Assembly (NCBI GenBank): GCA_024401415.1
Contig: JAKSLC010000001.1
Location: 564-64,563 of the forward strand
Source of the DNA: Bacteroidales bacterium
GTDB lineage: Bacteria > Bacteroidota > Bacteroidia > Bacteroidales > Marinilabiliaceae
DNA: 64,000 nucleotides
Direction of reading: 5' to 3'
Shown: in pieces, positions 38,378 to 49,427 of the stretch
Position numbering within the stretch: position 1 is the first letter of the stretch
Layout of the letters: each line of letters begins with the position of its first letter
Position numbers and translations under genes: made by a program
Notes under the pieces: model-generated
What the model saw: only the letters and a program-made list of their open reading frames with translations
What the model was told of the DNA's origin: nothing
The model's database searches: none

Positions 38378-39040
38378 ATGAACGATTTCAGAAAATTCGC
38401 AATTAGTCAGACAGGCGTAAGACGCTCTGCTCTCGATCACTATACTCAGGTAATGGACTATATGTCACCTACTATCATCGAGGAACGCCCTCTCAACGTT
38501 GCAAGCATGGACGTATTCTCTCGCCTTATGATGGATCGTATCATTTTCTTAGGTACCGAAATCAATGATGACGTGGCAAATATCGTTCAAGCTCAACTTC
38601 TTTACCTTGAGTCTTGCGACGCTTCTAAGGATATCTCAATCTATATCAACTCTCCTGGAGGCGTAGTTTACGCAGGTTTGGGTATCTATGATACTATGCA
38701 ATATATCAATTCAGATGTGGCAACTATTTGTACAGGTCTCGCTGCATCTATGGCTTCAGTTCTTCTTGCCGCCGGAACTAAGGGTAAGCGCTCCGCTCTC
38801 CCTCACTCTCGCGTGATGATTCACCAGCCACTCGGCGGTGCTCAGGGCCAGGCATCTGATATCGAAATTACAGCCCGCGAAATCTTAAAGTTGAAGGACG
38901 AACTATACGACATTCTCCATAAGCACTCTGGAACAGATATCGAACAGATAAGAAAGGATGCCGATAGAGATTATTGGATGACATCAAATGAGGCTGTTCA
39001 ATATGGTTTAATCGATGAGGTACTTGTAAAGTCTAAATAA
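38378..39040 (+). CDS. clpP: ATP-dependent Clp protease proteolytic subunit
   Basis: [20 protein letters not shown] (active Ser), MIHQPLGG. Confidence 0.94.
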   Translation: MNDFRKFAISQTGVRRSALDHYTQVMDYMSPTIIEERPLNVASMDVFSRLMMDRIIFLGTEINDDVANIVQAQLLYLESCDASKDISIYINSPGGVVYAGLGIYDTMQYINSDVATICTGLAASMASVLLAAGTKGKRSALPHSRVMIHQPLGGAQGQASDIEITAREILKLKDELYDILHKHSGTDIEQIRKDADRDYWMTSNEAVQYGLIDEVLVKSK

Positions 39041-39046
39041 TACCTG

Positions 39047-40288
39047 ATGGCTAAAAAGGACGATATTTGCTCTTTCTGTGGACGTTCACGTCGCGATATC
39101 CGCTTCGCTATACAGGGAATCGGTGGAATTGTAATCTGCGACGAGTGCGTTCGTAGCGCCGGAGAAATCCTTCGCGAGAATGATTTTACCGCTCATGCGG
39201 CTAGTAATACAAGCAAGCTTAAGATTGCTAAGCCTCAAGAAATAAAGGCATACCTGGACGAATATGTTATAGGCCAGGACGATGCTAAGAAGTATCTCTC
39301 TGTAGCTGTTTATAACCACTACAAGAGACTCCGTAGCAATTCAGAAAGAACCGCAAAGGATGATATTGAAATAGAGAAGTCTAACATCATAATGGTTGGC
39401 GAAACTGGTACAGGAAAAACTCTTCTTGCTCGTACCATAGCCAAACTTCTCGATGTTCCTTTCACTATAGTAGACGCTACGGTTCTAACCGAGGCAGGTT
39501 ATGTTGGCGAAGATGTTGAAAGTATTTTAAGCCGACTACTCCAGGCTGCCGACTATGATGTACCTCGCGCAGAACAAGGTATTGTTTTTATAGACGAAAT
39601 CGACAAAATTGCTCGCAAGAGCGATAATCCGTCTATAACGCGCGATGTGTCAGGTGAAGGCGTTCAGCAGGGCTTGCTCAAGCTATTAGAAGGCTCTATA
39701 GTAAATGTTCCTCCTCAAGGGGGGCGTAAGCACCCTGATCAGAAGATGATTGCAGTAAATACTCAGAATATCCTTTTCATCTGCGGTGGCGCTTTCGATG
39801 GCATCAAACAGAAAATCGCTAATCGTTTGAATTCTCGTACAGTCGGTTATAACGCCCAGAAGGAGAAGGAGGCTATAGACTTCAATAATCTACTCCAGTA
39901 CGTTGCTCCGCAAGATCTCAAGTCTTTCGGTCTTATTCCTGAGATTATCGGACGTCTGCCAGTGTTGACTTACCTCCAACCTCTCGATAGAGATGCTCTT
40001 AAACGTATACTTATTGAGCCTAAGAATTCTCTCATTAAGCAGTACATAAAGCTATTCGAGCTCGATGGCGTGAAGCTCAATATCAATGACGATGTTATAG
40101 ATCTCATTGTAGATAAGGCTGTAGAGTTCAAAGTCGGTGCTCGCGGTCTTCGCTCAATATGTGAGAGTATTCTCATGGATAAAATGTTCGAGGTTCCTAC
40201 GTCCGGTAGCAAAGAGCTTACTATTGATGTCGAATATGCTCGCCAGCAGTTGTCTAACGAACGTCTGACTCGCATTCAAGCTAGTTAA
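39047..40288 (+). CDS. clpX: ATP-dependent Clp protease ATP-binding subunit ClpX
   Basis: N-terminal zinc finger CSFCG...CDEC; Walker A GETGTGKT; Walker B FIDEIDK. Confidence 0.95.
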   Translation: MAKKDDICSFCGRSRRDIRFAIQGIGGIVICDECVRSAGEILRENDFTAHAASNTSKLKIAKPQEIKAYLDEYVIGQDDAKKYLSVAVYNHYKRLRSNSERTAKDDIEIEKSNIIMVGETGTGKTLLARTIAKLLDVPFTIVDATVLTEAGYVGEDVESILSRLLQAADYDVPRAEQGIVFIDEIDKIARKSDNPSITRDVSGEGVQQGLLKLLEGSIVNVPPQGGRKHPDQKMIAVNTQNILFICGGAFDGIKQKIANRLNSRTVGYNAQKEKEAIDFNNLLQYVAPQDLKSFGLIPEIIGRLPVLTYLQPLDRDALKRILIEPKNSLIKQYIKLFELDGVKLNINDDVIDLIVDKAVEFKVGARGLRSICESILMDKMFEVPTSGSKELTIDVEYARQQLSNERLTRIQAS

Positions 40289-40300
40289 TAAAATATCAGT

Positions 40301-41590
40301 ATGGAAGAATTATACTCAGTATACCTTTCATCAACAGGAATATGCACAGACACCCGTAATATACTTAACGGGTGTCTGTTCGTTGCTCTTAAGGGTGAAA
40401 GATTTGATGCTAACGAAATGGTTGCCGACGCCCTTAAGGGTGGCGCTACTCACGTACTGACATCAAACTCAGCATTCAAGGATAACAAACAGTGTACAGT
40501 AGTACCTGATACGTTAATTGCACTACAGGAACTCGCCACTTTCCACCGCAAGCATTTACACATCCCTGTCGTTGGCATTACTGGCACTAATGGAAAAACG
40601 ACAACTAAGGAACTTACAGCTGCAGTCTTGTCAAAAAAGTATCGTGTTTTATGTACAAAGGGCAATCTCAACAATCATATTGGAGTCCCTTTGACTTTGC
40701 TCAGTATAGACGAGAAAAAGCATGATATAGCAGTAGTAGAGATGGGTGCTAGCCATCCAGGAGAAATAAGGCAACTTTCGGGATTCGCTATCCCTGACTC
40801 TGGTCTTATTACCAATGTGGGTATCGCTCATACAGAAGGGTTTGGTTCTTTCGAGGGGGTAAAAGCAACTAAGCGCGAATTATACGAACAACTGAAGTCA
40901 ACCTCTGGCAAAATTTTTATCAATATAGGCAATCCGAACCTTGTGGAGATGTTGGGCAACTATAGTAACTCTATCAGTTATACTACCGACTCCCAAAATG
41001 CTTTTGTCTCAGGCAATGTTGTAGGGCCATCAGAGTTGCTCTCTTTCAAATGGAATTGTAATGGTAATTCTTTCGAGGTTAACACTCACTTGACTGGTGC
41101 TTATAACTTGGAAAATGCGCTCGCAGCTGCCTCTGTAGGTAAATACTACGGAGTGCCTGCAGAAGACATATGTGCTGCAATAGCAGAATACGAACCAACA
41201 AACGGACGTTCTCAAATAATTCAAACAGAGAGAAATCGTGTGATTATGGACGCATATAATGCCAATCCAACGAGTATGATGGCTAGCGTAAATAATTTCG
41301 CTTCTCTTAAAGGGAATAATAAAGTAGTCGTATTGGGAGCAATGAGAGAACTTGGCGATATTGAAATCGAGATGCATCGCAAACTTCTTTCTTCTTTAGT
41401 GAATCTCGGTATAACTAAGGCTTTCCTGGTAGGGTCTGAGTTCGCTCCTCTTAAATCTGAATTCAGTGGGTTCTCTTATGTTGACAATGCCTCTGAATTA
41501 ACAGACGCTATGATGGCTCTGAAAGATTGCTATATCTTGGTCAAGGGCTCTCATTCTAATCGTCTGGATAAACTTAAGGATGTTCTATAA
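40301..41590 (+). CDS. murF: UDP-N-acetylmuramoyl-tripeptide--D-alanyl-D-alanine ligase
   Basis: Mur ligase P-loop GITGTNGKTTTKE; DAYNANPTSM. Confidence 0.9.
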   Translation: MEELYSVYLSSTGICTDTRNILNGCLFVALKGERFDANEMVADALKGGATHVLTSNSAFKDNKQCTVVPDTLIALQELATFHRKHLHIPVVGITGTNGKTTTKELTAAVLSKKYRVLCTKGNLNNHIGVPLTLLSIDEKKHDIAVVEMGASHPGEIRQLSGFAIPDSGLITNVGIAHTEGFGSFEGVKATKRELYEQLKSTSGKIFINIGNPNLVEMLGNYSNSISYTTDSQNAFVSGNVVGPSELLSFKWNCNGNSFEVNTHLTGAYNLENALAAASVGKYYGVPAEDICAAIAEYEPTNGRSQIIQTERNRVIMDAYNANPTSMMASVNNFASLKGNNKVVVLGAMRELGDIEIEMHRKLLSSLVNLGITKAFLVGSEFAPLKSEFSGFSYVDNASELTDAMMALKDCYILVKGSHSNRLDKLKDVL

Positions 41591-41596
41591 AACAAA

Positions 41597-41624
41597 GAAG
41601 AGAGGTTCTCGCCTCTCTTTTTTA
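41597..41624. terminator. Bidirectional terminator between murF and the umuC-like gene
   Basis: AAGAGAGG (41598-41605) / CCTCTCTT (41612-41619) followed by a T-run; overlaps the umuC stop. Confidence 0.6.
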
Positions 41625-42917
41625 ATGTATCTCTATTATCTCATCCCAATTCGTTGTAGCTCGAGGCGACGCATGTTCACGTCTTAGATTATGCATGAAT
41701 AACTCCTCTTTGAAGTTGTCTCTTTGTCCATTAGGTAGCTGAGAACCAAGATATACTGCATCATGCTTGGCATTGGTATTTATAGCATCCATCACTGCCG
41801 CTATTTTGTCATAATGGTCTCGCTTTTCAGGATCATAATCAAACAATGACGTCTGAACGGCTGAGTCCGATGTAATACAACTCAATATTACACCACATTT
41901 CTTGTATTGTACTCCTGGACGAAACACAGTATTCAATGCCTCAATCGCCGCAGCTACAATCTCTTGAGTAGAGGACACCGCTACGGGCAAAACAATATTT
42001 GCCGAATTATTGTACTGAATACAATCTTCCCGAAATCTATTAGATAGAACAAATACTGTAACCATACTTGCTACACTACGTTGTTTCCTTAGTTTATTGG
42101 CACATGTAGCAGCAAAATTGGCTGTCATAGCTCGTAAATCCTCTATCTCGGTTAACATCGAAGCAAAAGAACGAGATGTACATATACTTTGCTTTCCAGA
42201 AATATCCTCAGAAGCGATACAATCAATGCCTTGTAACTCTTTTACGGTACGAAGACCTGGCAATTTCAGTAAGAAATGAGCTACCTCATCGGAAATGTTA
42301 GATAATTGCAATGCAGTACTTAATCCCATCTTCTTGAGTTTAGGCAAAGTACGCCTTCCAATCCCCCAAACATCGTCTATAGGAGTTAATTCAAGAGCTT
42401 TCTGCCTCTTGAATTCTGTATCTATCATACATGCACCTCTATATCCGGAAAATTTCTTTGCAAAATGGCACGCTACTTTTGCTAGTGTCTTAGTCTGCGC
42501 TATACCAATACTAACAGGAATACCAACAGATCTCAATATATTTGCACGCAAATTACGCGCCTGTTCCTCTATCTTTTCATTCTCTAATGATGACTGATAG
42601 TACAATTCGTCAATAGAATACGGTATAATCTCTCCAACAGTCTCTCGGACAATGGACATCACTCGCGAACTTAAATCGCCATATAGCACATAATTCGACG
42701 AAAAGGCTGTCACTTCTTGACGACCTTTGACTTGATATTTGCTTAAACGAAAAAAGGGCAACCCCATAGGGATGCCCATATCTTTAGCTTCATTCGATCT
42801 TGATACTATACATCCATCATTGTTTGACAACACAACAACAGGCCGTCCTATCAGATCGGGGCGAAAAACACGCTCACAAGAAACGAAAAAGTTGTTGCAG
42901 TCCACCAAACAATACAT
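41622..42917 (-). CDS. umuC: Y-family DNA polymerase (UmuC-like)
   Basis: MYCLVDCNNFFVSCERVFRPDL...VVVLSNNDGC N-terminus, typical of UmuC/Pol V catalytic subunits; 431 aa. Confidence 0.85.
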   Translation of the reverse strand: MYCLVDCNNFFVSCERVFRPDLIGRPVVVLSNNDGCIVSRSNEAKDMGIPMGLPFFRLSKYQVKGRQEVTAFSSNYVLYGDLSSRVMSIVRETVGEIIPYSIDELYYQSSLENEKIEEQARNLRANILRSVGIPVSIGIAQTKTLAKVACHFAKKFSGYRGACMIDTEFKRQKALELTPIDDVWGIGRRTLPKLKKMGLSTALQLSNISDEVAHFLLKLPGLRTVKELQGIDCIASEDISGKQSICTSRSFASMLTEIEDLRAMTANFAATCANKLRKQRSVASMVTVFVLSNRFREDCIQYNNSANIVLPVAVSSTQEIVAAAIEALNTVFRPGVQYKKCGVILSCITSDSAVQTSLFDYDPEKRDHYDKIAAVMDAINTNAKHDAVYLGSQLPNGQRDNFKEELFMHNLRREHASPRATTNWDEIIEIH

Positions 42918-42929
42918 GGTGCTTAGTAT

Positions 42930-44261
42930 TTATTTCGTCAGGTTTTCAACAGCCTTATGCACATTTACAAAGGTAAATCTGCCCATAGTAGCATCCATCT
43001 TGGCCTTGATCTGAGCCGTACAAAGATTTCCTATCGAACCTTCATGCGTATGGTTTATCTCGCCATGAAACTCAAACTCACCTCGCTCAATAGCCATACC
43101 TACATGCTTATACGCATCACGGAATGGCATGCCTTCATTAGCAAGTCGGTTAACCTCTTCAACACTGAACGCATATTTGTACTTAGGGTCGTTCATCACT
43201 CCATCTACTACCTCAATATTCTCAATAGCGTAGGCCGTAATATCCAAACAATCCTTCATCTCATTGAATACAGGAATAAATACCTCCTTGATAATCTGCA
43301 TGTCTCTGAAATACCCAGATGGCAAGTTGCCTGTTATCAATCTTATTGTATTAGAAACGCCTTGCATCTTATTGCAGTGCGCACGTATAAGCTCAAATAC
43401 ATCTGGATTCTTCTTGTGTGGCATGATACTTGAACCTGTCGTCATCTGCTTTGGCAAATGCAAGAAGCCAAAATTCTGACTGGTATACATACAGCCGTCA
43501 AACGCAAGGCGACCAATGGTCTCTGCCAAAGAAGCAATAGCGAACGAAATAATACGCTCTGTCTTACCTCGTCCCATCTGCGCATATACTACATTGTAGT
43601 CCAAATCATCAAAGCCGAGCAACTTGGTTGTCATAGTTCTGTTCAATGGGAACGATGAACCATAACCAGCAGCCGCACCAAGTGGATTTTGATTGGTAAC
43701 CTTCCATGCAGCTTCCATCATGAGCATGTCATCTGTAAGACTCTCTGCATATGCACCGAACCACAAGCCAAATGACGATGGCATAGCTACCTGAAGGTGC
43801 GTGTAACCTGGAATAAGCACATTCTTATACTGCTCACTCTTCTGCTGAAGAACATCAAAGAGCTTGCGCATCCTGCCTACTAGGTCTTCAATCGCTGCTC
43901 GAGCATATAACTTAAGATCCAAAAGCACTTGGTCATTGCGCGAACGACCTGAGTGTACTTTCTTACCAACATCGCCCAATTTACGTGTAAGCATAAGTTC
44001 AACTTGCGAATGCACATCTTCAATGCCATCCTCAATGACAAACTTACCCTCGCATGCAATCTGGTATATATTCTTGAGTTCCTTCAACAGAATATCTAAC
44101 TCATCTTTCTGCAATAGACCTACACTCTCTAGCATGGTTATGTGTGCCATAGTACCCATAACATCGTATGGAGCTAGATAGAGATCCATTTCTCTGTCCA
44201 ATCCAACTGTAAACTGGTCTATCTTATCATCTACTGAATAACCCTTATCCCAAAGTTTCAT
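42930..44261 (-). CDS. argH: argininosuccinate lyase
   Basis: Fumarate-lyase signature GSSIMPHKKNPD; MKLWDKG start at ATG 44261 (the track start 44270 is TTG). Confidence 0.92.
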   Translation of the reverse strand: MKLWDKGYSVDDKIDQFTVGLDREMDLYLAPYDVMGTMAHITMLESVGLLQKDELDILLKELKNIYQIACEGKFVIEDGIEDVHSQVELMLTRKLGDVGKKVHSGRSRNDQVLLDLKLYARAAIEDLVGRMRKLFDVLQQKSEQYKNVLIPGYTHLQVAMPSSFGLWFGAYAESLTDDMLMMEAAWKVTNQNPLGAAAGYGSSFPLNRTMTTKLLGFDDLDYNVVYAQMGRGKTERIISFAIASLAETIGRLAFDGCMYTSQNFGFLHLPKQMTTGSSIMPHKKNPDVFELIRAHCNKMQGVSNTIRLITGNLPSGYFRDMQIIKEVFIPVFNEMKDCLDITAYAIENIEVVDGVMNDPKYKYAFSVEEVNRLANEGMPFRDAYKHVGMAIERGEFEFHGEINHTHEGSIGNLCTAQIKAKMDATMGRFTFVNVHKAVENLTK

Positions 44262-44285
44262 ATTCTTCAATGGTATAATTATATA

Positions 44286-45344
44286 TTATGACAACAACTT
44301 AATGTATGTTGCTACCGCATTTTCTATCTCACTTATCTTGATATACTCATCCGCCGTATGAGACCTGGCCGAATCTCCAGGACCAATCTTTACCGTAGGA
44401 AACGACATCAATGCCTGATCACTCAATGTTGGCGACCCAAAAAGCTTAATGTCCATCCCAATGGCTTTCTTTACTATAGGATGATCTACATCAATGTGCG
44501 AACTGTTTAGTCTCGTCGAACGCTCTTGGATCGTACACTCTTTCGTGTGCTCATCACTCTTAATCAAATCAAGCAACTCTTGATTCTTATATAAGTCGTT
44601 GACTCTGACGTCTACTACAAAATGGCACTTATCTGGGACTACATTGTGCTGAGTACCAGCATCAATCTGAGTAACGGACATCTTAACAGGGCCTAGGAAT
44701 GGAGATACCTTTTCCCATTGCTTTGTTCGGAACCACTCCACAATAGGCAGCGCTTTATATATAGCATTCACTCCCTCATTTCGAGCTGCATGACCTGAAA
44801 CGCCTTCTGTGGTACAGTCTAGCACCATAAGCCCTTTTTCTGCCACAGCCATCGCCATACCAGTAGGCTCTCCAACAATACCGAACTCTATCTGACCTAT
44901 TTTTCCAAGAATGCTCTCTACCCCATTCTTCCCACTCACTTCCTCTTCTGCAGTTGCCGACCAGATAAGGTTGTATGGCAAATCATTCTTTGTAGAGAGA
45001 TATCGAAACGCTGCTAATAACGATACCACCGACGCGCCATCGTCATTCGTTCCTAATCCCCATAGGATATCACCATCAACTGTAGGAGCAAATGGGTCAC
45101 GGGTATAACCACTTGCTGGTTTAACTGTATCAATATGCGCATTAAGGAGTACTGTAGGCTTTCCTTCTGCCCAGACCTCTTGTAGCACCCAGAGATTATT
45201 GCCGTCTCTGTTAACTTTTAAGCCCATACGTGCAACTGTCTCCTGAATCATATCCGCAACTTCTCCTTCATTCCTGCTGATGGAGGAGATTGATACCATA
45301 CGCTTCAGGAGATCAACAGACTCCTCAATGTATTGCTTTGTCAT
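44286..45344 (-). CDS. argE: M20 family metallohydrolase (ArgE/DapE-like deacylase of the arginine pathway)
   Basis: M20 motifs LNAHIDTV and ATAEEEVSG; embedded between argB and argH. Confidence 0.75.
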   Translation of the reverse strand: MTKQYIEESVDLLKRMVSISSISRNEGEVADMIQETVARMGLKVNRDGNNLWVLQEVWAEGKPTVLLNAHIDTVKPASGYTRDPFAPTVDGDILWGLGTNDDGASVVSLLAAFRYLSTKNDLPYNLIWSATAEEEVSGKNGVESILGKIGQIEFGIVGEPTGMAMAVAEKGLMVLDCTTEGVSGHAARNEGVNAIYKALPIVEWFRTKQWEKVSPFLGPVKMSVTQIDAGTQHNVVPDKCHFVVDVRVNDLYKNQELLDLIKSDEHTKECTIQERSTRLNSSHIDVDHPIVKKAIGMDIKLFGSPTLSDQALMSFPTVKIGPGDSARSHTADEYIKISEIENAVATYIKLLS

Positions 45345-45346
45345 TA

Positions 45347-46126
45347 CTACTCTTTCAAAAGCATTGTACCACGACCGGTTCTCAAACCGTCAGTGTTGGT
45401 AATCATAACACTCTTGACTCCTATTCTAATGGCATCAAAACCATTATCAAGTTTTGGAATCATACCTGCCGCTACAACACCAGTCTCCTTATATTCCTGG
45501 AACTCAGCGTATGTCATAGAGCTGATAACCGTAGAGTCATCCTCAGCATCCATCAATACTCCTGGCTTCTCAAAACAGTATATAAGGCTTACCTCTAAAT
45601 CTTCTGTACAAGCAAGTGCTCGCGCAAGCTCACTCGCGATCGTATCTGCATTGGTATTCAAAAGCTGACCATTGCCATCATGGGTAATTGGAGAAACAAC
45701 AGGTATAGCACCTTGTTCTATCAACGAAGCAAGAACGCCTGTCTCTACCCTCTTCACATCTCCAACATAACCATAGTCTATACCATTTTTCAATGGACGC
45801 TTTGCACTATGTATCAAATCAAGGTCAGCTCCACAGAGGCCTATAGCATTAATATTACGCTTTTGAAGTTCTGCGACAATGGTCTTATTTACAAGGCCTG
45901 CATATACCATCGTAACAACATCTAGTGTCTCGCGATCTGTAATGCGGCGACCTTCAACCATCTTGGTCTCTATGCCAAGTCGCTCGCTCAACTTTGTAGC
46001 AGAACGACCACCACCATGCACCAATATCTTCGCGCCTACTATATTGGCAAAGTCATTCAGAAGAGCATTCAGACTTTCTGGCTCTTCTACTACCTTACCT
46101 CCGACCTTTACTACTGTTATCTTCAT
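45347..46126 (-). CDS. argB: acetylglutamate kinase-type amino-acid kinase
   Basis: VVKVGGKV, LVHGGG, NTNADT motifs; 259 aa. Confidence 0.9.
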   Translation of the reverse strand: MKITVVKVGGKVVEEPESLNALLNDFANIVGAKILVHGGGRSATKLSERLGIETKMVEGRRITDRETLDVVTMVYAGLVNKTIVAELQKRNINAIGLCGADLDLIHSAKRPLKNGIDYGYVGDVKRVETGVLASLIEQGAIPVVSPITHDGNGQLLNTNADTIASELARALACTEDLEVSLIYCFEKPGVLMDAEDDSTVISSMTYAEFQEYKETGVVAAGMIPKLDNGFDAIRIGVKSVMITNTDGLRTGRGTMLLKE

Positions 46127-46129
46127 AGC

Positions 46130-47092
46130 TTAAAGCTTTTCAAGCATTCGTTTAATTACAACTTGTGCCGATACAACACGATTTGCCGCTTCTGGTATTA
46201 CAATGCTGTTTGGCGAGTCTATAACCTCGTCTGTAACAATCATATTACGACGAACTGGCAAGCAGTGCATAAACTTAGCGCTGTTCGTCCACGACATATG
46301 CTCTGCATCTACAGTCCAACTCATATCTTTTGATAGAATCTGACCATACTGCTCATATGACGACCAGTTCTTGGCATAGATGAAATCAGCGCCCTCAAAC
46401 GCCTTCTTCTGATCACGCTCCAACTTGACGCCTTCCATGAACTCTGGAGCCAAATCATAACCCTCAGGGTTAGTCACCACAAAATCAATCATTCCTGCCT
46501 GCTCTGCAGCACGCATCCACTCTGCAAATGAGTTTGGCACCGCCTGTGGAAGCGCACGTGGATGAGGAGCCCATGTCAAAACTACTTTTGGCTTCTTTAT
46601 CTGACCCTTGTACTCGTCAATAGTAATCAAGTCAGCAAAAGCCTGGCATGGGTGACGGGTAGCTGTCTCCAAACTGATGACTGGGCGACCAGAATATTGT
46701 ATGAATTGATTGATTATCGTCTCTTCATAGTCAAACTTTCTATCCTTGAACTCAGCAAATGAGCGAACTCCAATGATATCACAGTAAGAACCAATAACAG
46801 GAATTGCCTCACGCAAGTGCTCTGTCTTGTCACCATCCATTACCACACCCATCTCTGTCTCAAGTTTCCACGAGTCACCATTGATATTCAATACAATTGG
46901 ATTCATACCCATGTTAAGGGCAGCCTTCTGCGTACTGAGTCGTGTACGTAGACTTGAGTTGAAAAATATGATAATGATAGTCTTATTCTTACCAAGGTGC
47001 TGCCAGTTAAAAGGATTAGCCTTAACCTCTTTTGCCTCTGCCAATGCAGCTCGCAAATCACCTATATCACCTACTGTCAGGAATCGACGCAT
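46130..47092 (-). CDS. argF: N-acyl-L-ornithine carbamoyltransferase (Bacteroides ArgF'-type, probably N-succinylornithine)
   Basis: FFNSSLRTRLS, HCLPVRRN, and overall close resemblance to the B. fragilis ArgF' family rather than classical OTCase. Confidence 0.85.
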   Translation of the reverse strand: MRRFLTVGDIGDLRAALAEAKEVKANPFNWQHLGKNKTIIIIFFNSSLRTRLSTQKAALNMGMNPIVLNINGDSWKLETEMGVVMDGDKTEHLREAIPVIGSYCDIIGVRSFAEFKDRKFDYEETIINQFIQYSGRPVISLETATRHPCQAFADLITIDEYKGQIKKPKVVLTWAPHPRALPQAVPNSFAEWMRAAEQAGMIDFVVTNPEGYDLAPEFMEGVKLERDQKKAFEGADFIYAKNWSSYEQYGQILSKDMSWTVDAEHMSWTNSAKFMHCLPVRRNMIVTDEVIDSPNSIVIPEAANRVVSAQVVIKRMLEKL

Positions 47093-47132
47093 AGTTTATA
47101 TCTTTATGTATTAAACGATAATGCAATATTTC

Positions 47133-48257
47133 TTATTTCAACAAATCGCTGAATGCCTCAATGAATCTGTCTGCCTCTTCTGTGGTCAAACACAATGGTG
47201 GCAACAAACGTATCATGTTCGTACCTGCTACTCCCGTGAAGATGTGCTTCTCGAAAAGCAACTTAGTACGTATCTCTTTGATTGGCTCATTGAACTCAAT
47301 ACCAATCATCAAGCCTCGACCACGAACTTCCTTAATCTTGTCGCTCTTTGGCATATTGTCTATAAGGTACTGTCCTACTTTGGCAGCATTCTCTACAAGA
47401 CCTTCTTTCTCTGCAATCTCTGCAACAGCTATAGCAGCTGCCATAGCAAGATAATTGCCGCCAAATGTCGTTCCAAGCATACCAACCACTGGGTTGAACT
47501 TAGGCGAAATTAGACATGCACCAATAGGGAATCCGTTACCAATACCTTTCGCCATAGAAATGATGTCAGGCTTGATACCGTAATACTGATGTGCAAAGAA
47601 CTTACCGCTACGACCATAGCCCGACTGTATCTCATCAAGAATAAGTACAGTACCATACTTGTCACAGAGAGCTCTCAAATCTTGCATGAATTGTGTAGTA
47701 GGAATATGAATGCCACCACAACCTTGTATGCCTTCTATAATTACTGCAGCTACATCATTGTTCTTCAAATACTCCTCAACACTAGCTATGTTGTTGAGCT
47801 CCGCAAAAAGTACCTTGTGTACAGCATTGAATGGAGCTACAATCTTTGGATTGTCTGTAACTGCTACCGCACCTGACGTACGACCATGGAACGACTTGCG
47901 AAATGCTACGACCTTGTCTCGCCCTGTGTGAAATGATGCCAACTTCAACGCATTTTCATTTGCCTCTGCACCTGAGTTAATCAGGAAGAAAGAGTAATCT
48001 TCATAGCCCGAAAGCTTACCTATCTTCTCTGCCAACTCTACCTGCAATGGGTTGATAACAGAGTTGCTGTAGAAGCCTATCTTGTTGAGCTGCTCTGTAA
48101 TACGCTTTACATAGTGTGGATGTGAATGTCCTACCGATATAACAGCATGACCACCGTAAAGGTCTAGATACTCCTGACCCTTGTCATCCCACACGTGACA
48201 GCCCTGACCCTTAACAGGAATCACGTCAAATAGAGAGTAAACGTCAAATAGATTCAT
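47133..48257 (-). CDS. argD: acetyl/succinyl-ornithine aminotransferase (class III PLP)
   Basis: DEIQSGYGRSGKFFA and SMAKGIGNGFP (PLP Lys). Confidence 0.9.
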   Translation of the reverse strand: MNLFDVYSLFDVIPVKGQGCHVWDDKGQEYLDLYGGHAVISVGHSHPHYVKRITEQLNKIGFYSNSVINPLQVELAEKIGKLSGYEDYSFFLINSGAEANENALKLASFHTGRDKVVAFRKSFHGRTSGAVAVTDNPKIVAPFNAVHKVLFAELNNIASVEEYLKNNDVAAVIIEGIQGCGGIHIPTTQFMQDLRALCDKYGTVLILDEIQSGYGRSGKFFAHQYYGIKPDIISMAKGIGNGFPIGACLISPKFNPVVGMLGTTFGGNYLAMAAAIAVAEIAEKEGLVENAAKVGQYLIDNMPKSDKIKEVRGRGLMIGIEFNEPIKEIRTKLLFEKHIFTGVAGTNMIRLLPPLCLTTEEADRFIEAFSDLLK

Positions 48258-48280
48258 TTTGCGTCTAAGTTTATTGTTTA

Positions 48281-49246
48281 TTAGAAACCTGTTGGCTTAA
48301 GATTGAGACCCGTATTCTCTGGAAGTCCAAATAGAAGATTCATATTCTGAGTAGCCTGACCTGATGCTCCCTTCACAAGGTTATCTATCATCGAAATAAC
48401 GTGCAACTTCTTACCGTATTTCTTTACATAGAGAACACACTTGTTAGTGTTGACAACCATCTTCAAATCAGGGTTAAAGTCTACTACGTGCACAAAAGCC
48501 TCATCTTTATAGTACGACTTATATACCTCCACTGCCTCCTCCTCGGTCATATCAGTATTAAAATATACACTAGATATAATACCACGAGAATAATTGCCAC
48601 GCATAGGTACAAAGTTCATTTCACCTTCATATGATGGAGCTAAGCGCTTCAACGTCTCATTTACCTCTCCTAGATGCTGGTGTGTAAAAGCTTTATACAC
48701 GCTCATATTATTGTCTCTCCAAGAGAAATGTGTAGTCTCAGAAGGCTTTTGACCTGCACCAGTTGAACCAGTTACACCTGTAACATGTATTTCGGAAAGC
48801 TTATCAAGCTTTGCCATAGGAAGAAGAGCAAGTTGAATACTTGTTGCGAAACATCCAGGGTTGGCAATTTTTGTTGCTCCCTTTATATCATTACGAAACG
48901 CCTCTGGCAACCCATAAACAAAGCCATCTGCCGTATCCTGCAAACGATAATCATTAGAAAGGTCTATGATCTTACCATTAAATGTCTTAGGCAATGACTC
49001 AACATATTCACGGCTTTTGCCATGTCCCATACAAAGGAATATTACGTCCACCGCCTCAACAGGGGCCTCCGCAGAAAATGTCAATGTTGTCTCACCCAGC
49101 AAGTCATGATGCGCTTTCCATACCGGCTCGTCAGCATGACTGGAACTTTGCGCAAAAAGTATTGTAGCACATGGGTGATTGATCAATATTCTCATGAGCT
49201 CACCAGCTGTATAACCAGCAGCCCCTATAATTCCTACCTTTATCAT
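48281..49246 (-). CDS. argC: N-acyl-gamma-glutamyl-phosphate reductase
   Basis: IIGAAGYTAGEL, NPGCFAT active-site Cys. Confidence 0.92.
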   Translation of the reverse strand: MIKVGIIGAAGYTAGELMRILINHPCATILFAQSSSHADEPVWKAHHDLLGETTLTFSAEAPVEAVDVIFLCMGHGKSREYVESLPKTFNGKIIDLSNDYRLQDTADGFVYGLPEAFRNDIKGATKIANPGCFATSIQLALLPMAKLDKLSEIHVTGVTGSTGAGQKPSETTHFSWRDNNMSVYKAFTHQHLGEVNETLKRLAPSYEGEMNFVPMRGNYSRGIISSVYFNTDMTEEEAVEVYKSYYKDEAFVHVVDFNPDLKMVVNTNKCVLYVKKYGKKLHVISMIDNLVKGASGQATQNMNLLFGLPENTGLNLKPTGF

Positions 49247-49427
49247 CTATCTATTATTATTACTGTGTGAGTACTAAATCTAGGGAAAAGAAAGAAGCCA
49301 TTACCAAGTCACTCACCATCTCGGCTTAACTTGGCATGGCTAACTTAATCAACCTAAAATTACTACCATTAACTTATTCTTATATGTCAGTGTGTTGTTT
49401 CAACACTTTCTTCTTATGTAAATTATC

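Noticed and set aside
49247-49427. 182-nt spacer between argG and argC, with GTGTTG-TTT-CAACAC hairpin (49392-49406)
   Set aside because: The hairpin is not followed by a T-run on the transcribed strand, and no repeat or ORF is evident. It is probably an ordinary intra-operon spacer.
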